Assembly (NCBI GenBank): GCA_051362555.1
Contig: CM120640.1
Coordinates: 36,475,967-36,539,966, forward strand
DNA length: 64,000 nt
Origin: Lingula anatina
Taxonomy: Eukaryota; Animalia; Brachiopoda
Direction of reading: 5' to 3'
The notes under the pieces are model-generated. The model ran no database searches, had not been told where the DNA came from, and saw only the letters and a program-made list of their open reading frames with translations. Positions 15,201-29,180 of the stretch are shown piece by piece. Position 1 is the stretch's first letter; every line of letters begins with the position of its first letter. Made by a program: the position numbers and the translations under genes.

Positions 15201-18200
15201 AATTGTAATTGGTGTTTACCGTGTCTCATCTATAGGTGTTCCCACCACTGAGACTAGATCCAAGGAACATAACACTCATTATTGGAGCACAGTTTCAAGT
15301 GAGTAAAAATTGTTAGTGTAAAAAAAAAAACATAGCGTATTGGTTGTTTTTAAAGTTGAATTTGACATTTTATTAAAATGAATCTTGATTTGTGGAAAAG
15401 TAGTGTAATTAAATATTGGTGATCTGAACAAAATGGTACCTGATTTATGAAGAGATATTAATAAAGGTTTTTGTTAGTAAAATGACTAAAATAAAAGTTT
15501 TCTGAAACAAACAGTATCTGTTTTAAAAACTTGTGCTGGGACTGTTGCTTTTCATTTACCCAGGTCACCAGCTATGGGGGTCCCCAACCCCAGTCCACGG
15601 TGGACTACTCCATCTTGGACCCCAACATTGCCAGTATCTCTTCTGGTGGCCTGATAGATGCAGAGAGTCTTGGGGACACCACTGTGGTTGGGAAGGCAGT
15701 GGGGGTGGACTCAGAGACTGGGGAAACTGTGATATACTCACAGGTAAAGTGACAGATTTATTACACCATTATTTGCAAGAAATTTGTTGTAGTAGTAGAT
15801 AAATAAGAATTGAGCATTATTGCTAATAAGACAACAGGATAATTAAAACAAAAGCCATGAGGAGAAGAGCTGTAAATATTTTGCTGTTTAGAATGTTAGG
15901 TATTACTACCAAAAAAAAAAAAAAAAAAAAAAAGAATACTATTTAAAGAATATTGTTTAAAGAATGTTATCTGTTTTTTTGTTTCTACAGGACCAGGTGA
16001 CTGTGTATGTGGTGCAGTTGGCAGGTATCAATGTGTTTGCTCCCCTCACCAGACTGCAGACAGGGACAGAGGTAGGCTGTGGATACATGGTCATACACTT
16101 ACAAATCTGAATGTGTGTGAACTCATTCCCTGTGAAACTATAGATCTATCCAACTCCCTGTGGGCCCTTGCTGAATGCAATCAGGGATCCGTATCTCGAA
16201 AGGTTAGCTATGTTGTGCACGTGCGCAAGTGTCTCGATTCCTTAACCGATTCTATTTCGAGATACGGGGCCATGGAATCGAGACGCTTGCGCACGTGCGC
16301 AACATAGCGAACCTTTCGAGATACGGAGCCCAGATTAACTGCAGAACCTCTCCTGGTATGGAATAGCATACATAAAAGCTGGTGATTAAATGAGTACCTT
16401 GGACATGAGAGGAGGCATGTTTATCTGTTAGTATCACTGCATTCAGAGAGTTGGAGTTGGATCGATCAATTTTGAACAATAGTGTTGTCGAGAATTAGCC
16501 TTGTGATAGAGCACAAGTTGCACAGAGGTAATATTAAAATGTAGCACATAGCTATTATATGCTTACAAAATTTCCCTTGAGATTTTAGTGCTTAATTGGA
16601 AATTTTATGCTTATTAATTTTCAAGAGATTTTTTGTGCCTAATTCTTTGTTGATTATTTCAGATGCCTCTGTATGCAATGGGTATGAATGAACACGAGAC
16701 TCCATTCACCTTTGGGACGGCAGTGCCTCCTCTCAGTTTCTATTGGACCATCAACAACAAGGAGGTTGTGGAGCTCAAGTCTGTGTATTACAAGGTATAA
16801 GATATATGGCCAGTCAGGGGTTGGAATGGTTGTAAATGCTGGATACTCTCAGGAAAAGTTTGTAATAAATCAATGACATTAAATTTGATTTTGAAGAAAG
16901 TTGTGAAGTATTTAATACTTTTTTTTAAATTTAGCATATGGGTAAGATTTGATTGCTTGAGGCCAGGATGGGCCACCCTCTTGCTAGAACAGGCACAAGA
17001 CGAGGTCCATTGAGAGGTGCTTTCGAAGTGTGTTCCTGAAAAGTGACTGATTTTTTGTCCATCACTTGGTATACTGTGAGGGAGAATGTATTGTCTGATT
17101 CATTGTTGATGAAGTAAAAATACATTAAGTACATGGTATTGTTATTTATTTTTAATTTATTTGACAATGTATATTTGTTGGGGGGGGTTGGCATGAACTT
17201 TTAAAATTTAGCACTTCATATTATTGACGGCTGTCTGAGACCTTCAGTAAACAAGTGCCTTCGTTGATATTTTTGCAACTAATTTTTAGAGCAACCTCCA
17301 TGTTCCCGCAGAGAGCAATTTTGCCACTCACCTGTTTGCCCGCAAGGAAGGCCATGTCACAGTGAAACTGGTGGCTAAGCCTCACCCTGACAGCATGCTA
17401 CAGCTTAAAGAGGGGGTCAAACTGGAGGATGAGGTGCAGATACAGGTATGTTTATTGGGATGTGTAATAATTATTTCTGATTAAAGAACTTGTCCTGTAA
17501 TAGCAAAAAGTAGATGGTTTTTAACGTAAAGACACAGTGTGTCTGTACATATAACCTTGTCTGTGCATATAACCGTCTGTTGTCTGCATCGTCTTCGCCG
17601 TGCACTTTTCACTTTAATGCCATTTGACATATTATCCTCAAACTTAGTGATTTATGACAAGTTTGAATTATTTATTACCATTATTTTTCTTGAAGCTACC
17701 AAAGCATTTTTTTTCACGTTAGCATTTTTATTGTGTTAGTTTGAAGTACCATGGGATTGAAGTTGTATGCTAGTTACTTTTTTTCTGATTGTTCTTGTCA
17801 CCTATAGTACATAATTAAAATTGGTGGTGAATACATATATTATCATTATATGATATTGTATTAAAATTGACAAACTCTCAACCCAAGATCTTGTGATAAG
17901 AAATACAGACACTTATGGTTGTGGTAAAGTCATTTATTGTAATGTTTTCTTATTTTGCGAGGAGTAAGCACATAGAACAGAATGTGGTAGATTTTAATTC
18001 TTAGAGACTCATGCCCTATGTTGGGCTCATTACTGAAAATATTAATTTAGTTCATTTAGTCCATGTCCACATCTAAATATCAGTGTCTTGGTGTGTAAGA
18101 AACTGGATTTCAGAGTTTCTTGCTTGGTGCTTGTTTAGACATTGAGACATGCAGTCCATGCAGCTTTGAGACGGTAGATATGAGTTGGAGGATTGGTGTT

Positions 18201-21200
18201 TTGGCCCCACACACCAAAGTTCATCACAAAGCCAAGATGAGAGATAGACGTTGGTCGCATGTTGACACGAACATTACCACCATACCTAAATTTAAACAAA
18301 CGAATGTGTAGAAATATTGGTGGGAGAGGGTGGGAGGTCAACAGTACATTTATATATATAAGGCATATCAAACTAACAGTGGATAAGGTTTGATTGCTAA
18401 TGCACATGCACAGATTCAAAGATGTCACATGAAGCAGCACATGTATATGGGCTATTCAGAAATAATGGTTATTTCTTTTTCTCAGAACCCAAAATGTCAT
18501 CCTTGTCATAGATAATTGGAAAATATTTTATTTTGATCAATTGGATTTCGGGATATCATAATAGTAAACTTAGAAGTTAAATTTTCAGAGACATTCAATT
18601 CATATTCAAATTTTAGGCACATACGGTTGACATACCCATTTTTATAAATAAAAGATGCACTTGTAATTCATTCGAAATAACCAACAAATAAATGGAAATA
18701 AAAATTCAAATCCCTTTTAAAATTGCCATAGGTTTTGTGCAAATTAGCACATAGTTTTAGCATAATTTGCAATTAGGTGAGAAGTAGAAATAAAAGCGCC
18801 TGACACATACTCACTCTGTTGGCAAATGTTTTTCTTTCATTCTAATCATTTATTAAATAGGAATTAAAACTTAATTTAACATTCATGAAATGATAATATT
18901 TTAACATTTAATTATACAAGTAGGACATTTGAATTTGCCTTTGATACTGTACATAAGTTATTGATTATTTCCTCTGGAATAATGTTATTATTCTGGTTAA
19001 AAGCCAAGAACTTGTGTTTGCTCATTGTACCACATACCAACATTGTGCACCTACAGCCACTTGACTGTGAATAACAGATAAGTGTATTTCTGCACACCCA
19101 CGATACTGGGTAACAGCAGGGGGTGATCATTTTTGAAAGTCTGTCAAAATATTCCTATGTGTTGGATTACAATGAGGGTGCTTTCATGTAAAAGGATATG
19201 GATGTCTTATTATAACAAACAATTTTGTGTCCACAAACATTGCTGTGCATGTATTTTAGTGTCACGGCACTTAAATCTGGGACACGGACATACCAGTCTG
19301 TTTTGCAGCTGTACATTATGGAAAAGAAAGCTATCAGAATAATATTGTCATGCTTCTTTGGAAAAAACAAAATTGCTCTCCATTGCAAATTTTGAAGCGC
19401 AAAGAAATGTGTAAATAATGTGTTAATTTGTAAATTACAACAATGTGTAAATAAATCCTATCATCTGAGTATATAATCACAGATGTTTTGACCTAATTCT
19501 GTTTTGTTTCCTTGAAACATGCATGACAGCCAAACCACAGCCAGCATGTAGTCTAGTTTCCCTGTTCAGATTCGGCCCAGAGACTTAACATAAATAGTGA
19601 AGATTTCCACTGATGATGTAATGACCCGGTCACATGGATAGTTAATGAGACTAATTAAATTAGCTATATACAGTACCCACTTTTAAGAGTGTAATTAAAA
19701 AAAAAACAAAACAATTTCATGTCATCGCTGTTTAACCGCTGATTCAGGATCTTTCATGAGAATTTTTGTATGTGCATGTGCTTAATCTTACATTTTCCAA
19801 CATTATGAATATAAAGCAAAATACGATGCATATTTTAAGCAAAAAATGTGCTCACAAGATTGACGCCATGTTGAAATTTTGATGTTCATCATGCCCCAAT
19901 GTTGTTACCCATTGTCATGGACATGCATATATATAAATATATATATATATAGAGAGAGAGAGAGATGGTTTTTGAAAAGTCATGAAAAATTAATCATTCT
20001 TTGTAAAGGCATTTTGCCTTAATGAGCATAATGATAGGCATGTGTGAAAATGTGCGCATTCTCACAATTACATAAAGAAAAAACAAATGAAACCTTACCA
20101 GGAATCAAGTAAAGCAATAGCAGTCACAACGTCAGGTGGACTGGGAAATGGCTTTTTAAAACTAACATATTTCAACCACTGGCAGTTGGTTTGACCCTTC
20201 TTACAATAATTGGATGTCACAAATCCAATTTGACCTTGGGGTGAAGAAGAAAAGAGTGATTGAGATTGACTATATTTAAACAAGAAGTTTAAAAGAAAGT
20301 AAAGGACATGCATGCCAGCATGTCATTCCCTTTGAAAACCAAAGGATTGCTGTAGTAGTAGGAAAATGCTAAGAAAAGTGTTTTGTCTACTTCAGCAGAT
20401 TTAATTTTAACTCGCTTATTTATTTATTTATTTAGGATCTCTTTTGAAGGTCTTACATTGATTTTTTGCTTTCATACAGAACACAGTAAAAATGTAAAAA
20501 AAAAAAAAAATAGATAAATTGATGACAATAAAATTACCGGAGCTTTTTCTTTATATGCTGTGATTAAAATTCACATGTAGGATATGAAAAAGTGAAACTC
20601 TTGAAAAACTCACATTGTCCGGAGGCGTATGTGCCCAGACAGAGCAGCAACAGGAGACAGTAAATGGAAGACATCTTGGTCATCTTTTGCTTCTTCACAG
20701 CAGCTGAAGTCAACAGGCGCTATGCCCAGTTGTAACTGTTGGACTATATTTAAGAGGTTCCTTCAAATTATTTGAATATGCTTATTTGAAAAATAAATAA
20801 AATTAAAATAATAGGTTCCTATCCAGTTTCATGTAATTCTAAGCAGGTATTTATTTGCACTTTCTCTTTTCCAATTATTTGGCTGTTTACCAGAATGTCA
20901 AGATTATCTCTGTCTAGAGGAAATAATCAAGAGCTGAATAAAATCTCCAGAAAAAAGCAGATTCAAATGTGCTATTGTTATTACAAATTGGAAACCATTA
21001 CCATTTTATGAATGTAAAACCTGTGATAATACTAATTGATGGAGGAAAACAAGAAAAAAAAACTTATTTACCTTGTTGTTTTTTCACCTCAAGAGCTGGA
21101 AGTGGGCTCGAGCCCAACTGGCAACAAACCATGGAGTCCATGATAAAGGTACCTGCTGTCTGCCTGCTTGGTGCTTGGTACTTGGCACTAAGGGTTGATG

Positions 21201-24200
21201 GGGGAGTAAACAGGGGTGGATCCAGAGGTAATTTCCTACAGTCCTCCCGATTATCTTTGTTGAACCACCCTCCATTTTCGACAGAAAAATTTCTGACAGA
21301 AAAACATTAGAATTCCATCAATATTAAATATAAAAAATCTTACCATCTTGCAGACGACCCAAAAGGCAGCTTCTGTCTGCCCCTCGTTAAGTTTGCAGCA
21401 GGCAAAGACAATGTTCCCATCTTAGCTTTCAGCTCCTCACATGGTAGCTGGACTGTTATCCTTCCCAAGGAAGTGAGAACATATACAGCCAGTATGAATC
21501 AAGATAATTAAAAATATGCCAGGCATATTGTTATCCATTGTAAACCCCACTGAGAGGCAGTGGAATATGGAATATAAGCAGCAGCCTTTACTTTTAAGAC
21601 AAACATTTTAGCTACCAACAGATGAAGTATGTGTTAGGAATGTAGCATGGCCATAAATTTTAATTGCCCTCTTCATTCTCCATTTAATTCCATGTGTCTC
21701 ATTCAATGGGAAGTCTTACTTTTTTGGATCACAAAATTCCTAATTATGCACGGCTACTCTTTAGTGATTATAGCTCAGCTTTTAACAGGATTTCACCTTT
21801 AAGACTGCATGAAAAAACTTGTTAATTCTCTCAATTTTAGTACATCACTTAGTGACTGGATTTTAAATTTCCTAATCAACCCCTTAATCTCACATTTACA
21901 GGAAAGAAGCATAGGACTTAAAGACAGCTTCAGTTGGAAAATCTGTCTTATTCGTTATTTTTTTCTGGAAGTTATTAATTTTTTTTTTTAACATTTTATT
22001 TTTCACATATCGACATTTTCAATGTGTGCTTTGAACTTCCATGAGCTTGAAGACCTTTGCTAGTCTTATTTTCTGAATATCTATGATACTTTTATTTTAT
22101 TATTAAAAATTGATGTTCATTATGCTGTTAAGCATTATGTAATATTGCATCAAAATTGAATAAAACCCTATTTTGGGCACTGCCTCCATAGTGACCATTA
22201 AAAAAAAAAAAACGCCACTTACTCTTCACAGATTTACAGGAAAGAAACAGGACTTAAATAAAGCTTCAATTGGAATATCTGTCTTATTGGTGAATTTTTT
22301 TTTTTTGTGAAAATTTTATTTTTCACATATAGACATTTTCAAGGTGTGACTTTGAATTTCCATGGGCTTGAAGACCTTTGCTAGTCACATTTTCTGAATA
22401 TATACAAATGATACATTTATTTTATTATTAAAAATTGATAGCAATTATGCTGTTAATCATTATGTTATATTGCATTAAAATTGAAGAAAACCCTATTTTG
22501 GGCACTGCCTCCATAGTGACCATTAAAGAAAAACCTTGTCACTTACTCTTCTTAAGGGGTGGATATATCCAAATCCGGCTAAAAATCATCATTTTGAGTT
22601 TTTTTTATGTCTAATTATTGGTTAAATGTGTATCTAACGTTTAATGGAATAACATTTTTACATTTTGAACAAAAAAAGTTTTTTTCTGAGGATTTTGATG
22701 CTGCACTCATCGGCACTGGTGGCTTGGCCTGTGCCCCACATTCATTGCCAAGGTCCGTTGGCATGGGTAAACTCGGTGGGAGGACCTTGGCAGCATCAGC
22801 ACGACTCGCAGAACAATAAAACAGGAACGTGTCATACTCCCTTTGTCATAAACAGCGATCAGCAAAGCACTGCCTATTGTTCCGCTTAAGCTGTTTTGAT
22901 AGTCACTCTTGATTGTGATCAGCGCTAAGGAGAATCTTTTCCAACACATTGGATTTGCTCAAAATACGCGTTTTCCCTTGAATTGCTTGTTGTTATAGAT
23001 GTACTTTCGATTTTCTTCTTAACATTTTGAGATACGAAAAAAAAGAGAAACATTCTGCTGCTTGCTACCTGTGACAGCACCTGTCAAACTATCGATCCAT
23101 CTTTGACAGCAGCTTTATACAGTCATCAGATTTTATAGATCTATGCAACTTGGGCCATCTGGCCTAGCAGTGAAGTGCAAGTTTGTCAAATCTTTAACTT
23201 GATAACTAATGATTACGATGTCACGATGGTGGTGATTTCTGTGTTTTGGGCTTTTTCTGAGCGACATCAACGTAAACATTTGGTCGAATACTGACTGGAA
23301 TCGTATACAAGATTGCTTTGCGTAAATAAAAGCCTTGGGCCCATATCCTAGCATAACTTTTCACTGGGTGGCATAAAATTTCAATTCGTGTGTAAAAAAA
23401 AATCCTTTGAAAATAGAGCTAATGATATCACTAGACTCTGTTTTTCGCGTGAACAATAGTAAGCTGAGATCATGTAAGAGAAGTAGTATTTATAACATTT
23501 TGATTTTTCAGAATTATTCATTTCCGCTATGAGATATGATCTGGAGAATAAGCCTTGGCATTTTCAACCTAAATGCTGGTATACCGCGAGGTACAGTTCT
23601 GGATGCATGTATGCACTGTCAAAGCCGACAGGGTTTTTTGTCTTCAGTAATTATCCCAATTTCTGACAAATACAACTTTACACATTTCCTCTTACAAGCC
23701 TTGCCTGGTTGCATGTATTTCTTGTTGTTGATGGTTTTCAAACCATTTTTCGCTCGGCGAATGTGGACAAGACTGCCTGCGATGATGCTGTGTGCACATC
23801 CTAGAGCGCATCCCTAATATAACACTTGCCTCGACGTCTATTGACGTGGCCACTGATGGTTGAGTCATTAGGGCTTACTTGATTGCCTGTCAATCATTCT
23901 GGCAGTGCTAGCGGTAACCCCTTGAAGTTACTAAAAGGAGGTGAGATTGATACAAAAATAAGATTTTCTGACATACAAATGCATGCAAACAAGCTAATTT
24001 CAACTGGCAATAGAGTACCCATCTTTGCGATCGTCAGTACGATAACAGGTAAAGCTGTCAACAATTTTATTTGCTATTTTGGACAATTAACCTCCCTGAA
24101 GGGGTTTTTGCTCGTTTTCTTCACTTTCAAGATTAACGAGATAGCGTTATTGGAGCGAGCTATAACTGTCTACCTGTATACCTGAGGGAGACCAAATTCA

Positions 24201-27200
24201 CCATGCTTATTAAGAAATGTATGCACCACAAGTGCTTTTTAAGATTTTTTTGATTGATCCTCTCTTTTCCAATTTATTGACTTTAAAGGTAAAAATTCTT
24301 AAATAATTCGATGTAATTTCACATTTTTATAGATAAAATCAACAATAAGTCTCTTAAGAAAAATCCCTGACTCCGTTTTGTAGTACTTTGTTCAAGTGTT
24401 ATAATACCATTAAAAGCATGTTTATAGCTGTCCTGGTGCCTGAGAAAATCAGTTGTTTAAAAATGGTGTTTTTGTCCCCAAAATCCCAATATTACGTAAC
24501 ACGATGAAGTTGGAGCTGTGTTTCAAGCATAATAAGATGTTTTGAAGATACATTAAATGAATATGACAGGAATAAAAAAGGCTAAGACCTGTATTTTAAG
24601 AGAAAATGTCCAACCTATACTCCCACCTTAAACTTACAGGAAAGAAACGCAGGACTAAAATGCAGCCTGAGTTGGAAAAGCAGTCTAACTGGCTTCTTTT
24701 CTGTTGTACATTTTTGTGAAATTGTTATCTTTCACATATTGGCATTTTCAATGTTGGACTTGGAACTCCCATGGGCATGAAGCCCAGTTTTAATCAAATT
24801 TTCTAAATGTCCATGTTATTAATAGAAGAAAATTAAAATTTGTGGTAATTTTACCTTTAATCATTATGTAATATTGCATCAAAATTGACAAAAAGCGTAC
24901 TTCATGCACTGTCATCACAAACGTTATGATAAAAAGAAAACTGTGTTACTTATTATTTTTTTTAACTTACTAGCATGATTCTTAGGATCGGTATTACCTG
25001 CTGTGCATAATTGATGCTGACTTTGATGCTGACTTTGCAGTTAAGCGTAATGTATTATTGCATCAGAATTGACAGTATCCTATTTTGTGCATTGTTATTT
25101 TCTGCTTTTTGTCTGTTCATTTAACAGCTTTCTTGTTTTCTGAATGTTCTTGTCACCTACAGTACATAATTAAAATTTGTGGTAAATACACTTTTAATCA
25201 ATATGTGATATTGCATCAAAATTGTCAATTTTGTGCACTGCCAACATAACCCTCAACCCAAAATCTTGTCTGAGATATTAAAAAAAAAAAAACCCTGGAC
25301 ACTTATGGTTGTGATAAAATCATTTATTGTAATGATTTCCTATTTTGTGAGGAGTAATCACATAGAACAGAATGTGGTAGATTTTTATTCTTAGGACTCG
25401 TGCCCTATATTGGGCTCATTACTGAAAATATTAATTTAGTTCATTTAGTCCATGTCCACATCCAAATATCAGTGTCTTGGTGTGTAAGAAACTGGATTTC
25501 AGAGTTTCTTGCTTGGTGCTTGTTTAGACCTTGGGACATGCAGTCCATGCAGCTTTGAGACGGTAGATATGAGTTGGAGGATTGGTGTTCTGGCCCCAAA
25601 CACCAAAGTTCATCACAAAACCATGAGTAGAGATAGACGTTGGTCGCATGTCGAGACGAATGTTACCACCACGCCTAAATTGAAACAAATGAATGTGTAG
25701 AAATAATCGGAAATATTCAAAAATATTTAGCCAACAGTACATTTATACATAAAACATATCAAACTAACAGTGTGGATAAGGTTTGATTGCTAATGCACTT
25801 GCACAGATTCAAAGATGTCACATGAAGCAGCACATGTATATGGGCTATTCAGAAATAATGGTTATTTCTTATTTTCAGAACCCAAAATGTCATCCTTGTC
25901 ATAGATAATTAATTTAAAATAACAATTTATTTTGAGAAATTGGATTTAGAAGTTAATTTTTCAGGGACGTTTTAAATTTTACACACATATGGTTGACACA
26001 CCCATTTTTATAAATAAAAACTTGTAATTCATTTCAAATAACCAACAAATTAATGGAAATAAAAATTCAAATCCAGTTTAAGATTCACCAGGTTTTGTGT
26101 AAATTAGCACATAGTTTTAGCATAATTTGCAATTAGGTGAGAAGTAGAAATAAAAGTGCCTGACACATACTCACTCTGTTGGCAAATGCCTTTCTTTCAT
26201 TCTTATCATTCATTAGATAGGAATTAAAACAAATTTTATATTCATGAAGTGATAATGTTTGCACATTTGTAAAACAATTAAAACAAATTTGCTATTTATG
26301 CTGTACATAAGTTCTTGATTATTTCCTCTAGATAGTAATGTGGTTATTCTGGTTAAAAGCCAAGAACTAACAACATAGCACACCTACAACCACTTGGCTA
26401 TGGACACTAGTATTAGCACACGTGCACACACACGTGTGCATGTCCACACTACTGGGTGACAACCATTGGGACATGGGCAACATGGTGACGATTTTGTGAA
26501 CACACTTTCTGCTTAGAACATGCATCATATTTTGCTTTATATTCATAAATTTTGGAAAATGTAACATTAAACACACATAAAAATTATTAGGAAAGAGTAC
26601 ACTTTACTTCACAGAGTTGTGATCCTGATCGGTGGTTAAACAGGGATGTCATGAAATCATTTTCCGTGAGTTACTTGCCAAAAAGTGGAAACTTGAAGCG
26701 TGCATACAAGATCGCCACCATGTTGAAATTTTGATGCCTATGTCCCAATGTTGTTGCTCAGTATTGTGGGCATGCAGATATATACAATTATATCGTATTA
26801 AAAGTCATGAAAATTAAGCCATTCTTTTTAAAAGGCATTTTGCCTTGATGAGCATAAAAATAAACATTTGTTAAAATGTGCGAGCGCAAAATAATATATA
26901 GACAAAAAACAAAAAAACCTTACCAGGAATCAAGTAAAGCCAAAGCAGTCACAACGTCAGGTGGACTAGGAAATGGCTTTTTAAAGCTAACATATTTCAA
27001 CCACTGGCAGTTTTGACCCTCCCGACAATAATCGGATGTCACAAATCCCATTTGACCTTGGAGTGAAGAAGAAAAGAATGACTTATAAACACTTGTCTTT
27101 TACACTTTCTTGTTTATTTATTTATGATCTCTTTTTAAAGATTTACATTACTTTTTTTTTCATACAGAACACAGTAAAATATGGGAAGAAACCTAAATTG

Positions 27201-28604
27201 ATGACAATGAAATTACCTGAGCTTTCTCTTTATATGCTGTGATTTAAATTCTAGAACCTTTGTAACATGTTGGATATGAAAAAGTGAAACTATTGAAAAA
27301 CCCACATTGTCCCGAGGCGTATGTGCCCAGACAGAGCAGCAACAGGAAACAGTAAATGGAAGACACCTTGGTCATCTTTTGCTTCTTTACAGCAGCTGAA
27401 GTCAACAGGCACTATGCCCAGTTGTAACTGTCGGACTTTATTTAAAAGGTTCCTTTTGTGCAAATTAGTTGAATTTACTTATTTGGAAAGTTAGATAAAA
27501 TTACAATAATAGATTCTTATCCAGTTTCGTGTAATTCAAAGCAGGTATTTGTTTATTAATACTTCCTCTTCTCCTTGTTTTTGGCCATTTACCAGAATGT
27601 CAGCATTGTCTGTCAAGAGGAAATAAGCTAAATAAAATGTACAGTAAAAAGCAGATTCAAATGTACTATTTGTATTACAAATGGGAAATCATTACCATTT
27701 CATGAATATAAAACCTGTAATGATACTAACTGATGAAACAAAACAAGGAAGAACATTACTGACCTTGTGGTTTTTCACCTCAAGAGCGTGAGGTTGGTTG
27801 GAGCCCAACTGGCAACAAACCATGGAGTCTATGATAAATGGTATCTGCTTGGCACTAAGGGTTGAAGGAGGAGTAAACATGGGCAGACCCAGAGTTATAT
27901 TCTGATAGTTCTCCAGATTATCTTTGTTGAACCACCCTCCATTTTTGACAAAAATTTCCAACAGAAGAAACCTAGAAACCCATCATTGTAAACTCAAAAA
28001 ATTCTGACCATCTTGCAGAAGACCCAGAAGATGGCTTCTGTCTGCCCCTGGTCAAGTTGCAGAAAGCAAGGACATTGTTCCCATCTTAGCTGTGCAAGTG
28101 GTAGCTAGGCTGATACCCTTCCTAGGGTAGTGAGAACATATACAGCCAGTATGAATCAAGACCAAAAAATATGCCAGGCATTTTGTTATCCATTGTAAAA
28201 CCCACTGTGAGGCAGTAGAGCTTGGAATATAAGCAGCAGCCTTTAGTTTTAAGACAAACATTTTAGTTACCAACAGACTAAGTATGTGTTAGGAATGTAA
28301 CATGGTCATTTAATTGCCCTCTTAATTCTCACTTTAATTCCTTGTGTCTCATTTCATTGGAAGTCATGCTGATACTAATCACCACATTTGCACAAAAGCT
28401 ACGGTATTTAAGTAGGGATCACAGATTTGTATTTTGATATTGATTTTGAACAATTCTTTCCAAAATTTTTAATTATAAAACAACTTTCCACCTTATATCT
28501 GTTGACAATTAAAAAGTGCAGAGGTTTTATTTTACTCTCCATGTTAGTTGGTATTTAAAAATCTGTTTCCTCGGTTGTAAATTGATATGTTTTGCTCAAA
28601 TAAA

Positions 28605-28663
<59 letters not shown>

Positions 28664-28713
28664 CCACTCTAATCTCAGTTTTTCTGCACAGATACAGTTT
28701 CTTGAATATATGA

Positions 28714-28776
<63 letters not shown>

Positions 28777-29111
28777 TGTGTATTAGAATCATTATTTTCT
28801 GGTTTGTGTCTTTACATTTGACAGCTTTGCTGTCTTATAAGAGTCTCACATTGGTTTTCCAAAATTTTCATGAATAAGACTGACTCGGGCAATATCAAGT
28901 TAAAGTGTAACATCTTTGGTTTGTAAAGTCTCCTTTTGAATTTTTAATGATATCTTATATTTTAAGGTGTTTGGAGAACTACGTTTAATCTCTCCTGCCT
29001 CATGTGATGGACATCTTATTATGACTCCTAACACAGAGACTGTGGTCAAAACTAACAGGTGAGTGTTCCACTGGACTCAAGTTAAAATGCTGCACAAAAA
29101 TATGTTTTACG

Positions 29112-29180
<69 letters not shown>

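Larger units (their letters stand above)
17780..21715. repeat. Segmental duplication unit A (lectin gene plus upstream remnant)
   Basis: Colinear similarity to ~25137-28365 across the 3' flank, introns and upstream region; boundaries approximate. Confidence 0.85.
25137..28365. repeat. Segmental duplication unit B
   Basis: Colinear similarity to ~17780-21715; boundaries approximate. Confidence 0.85.

Noticed and set aside
18120-18311. Duplicated + strand ORFs MLGACLD... (also 25509-25700)
   Set aside because: Antisense to lectin exon 3; their similarity is explained by the duplication.
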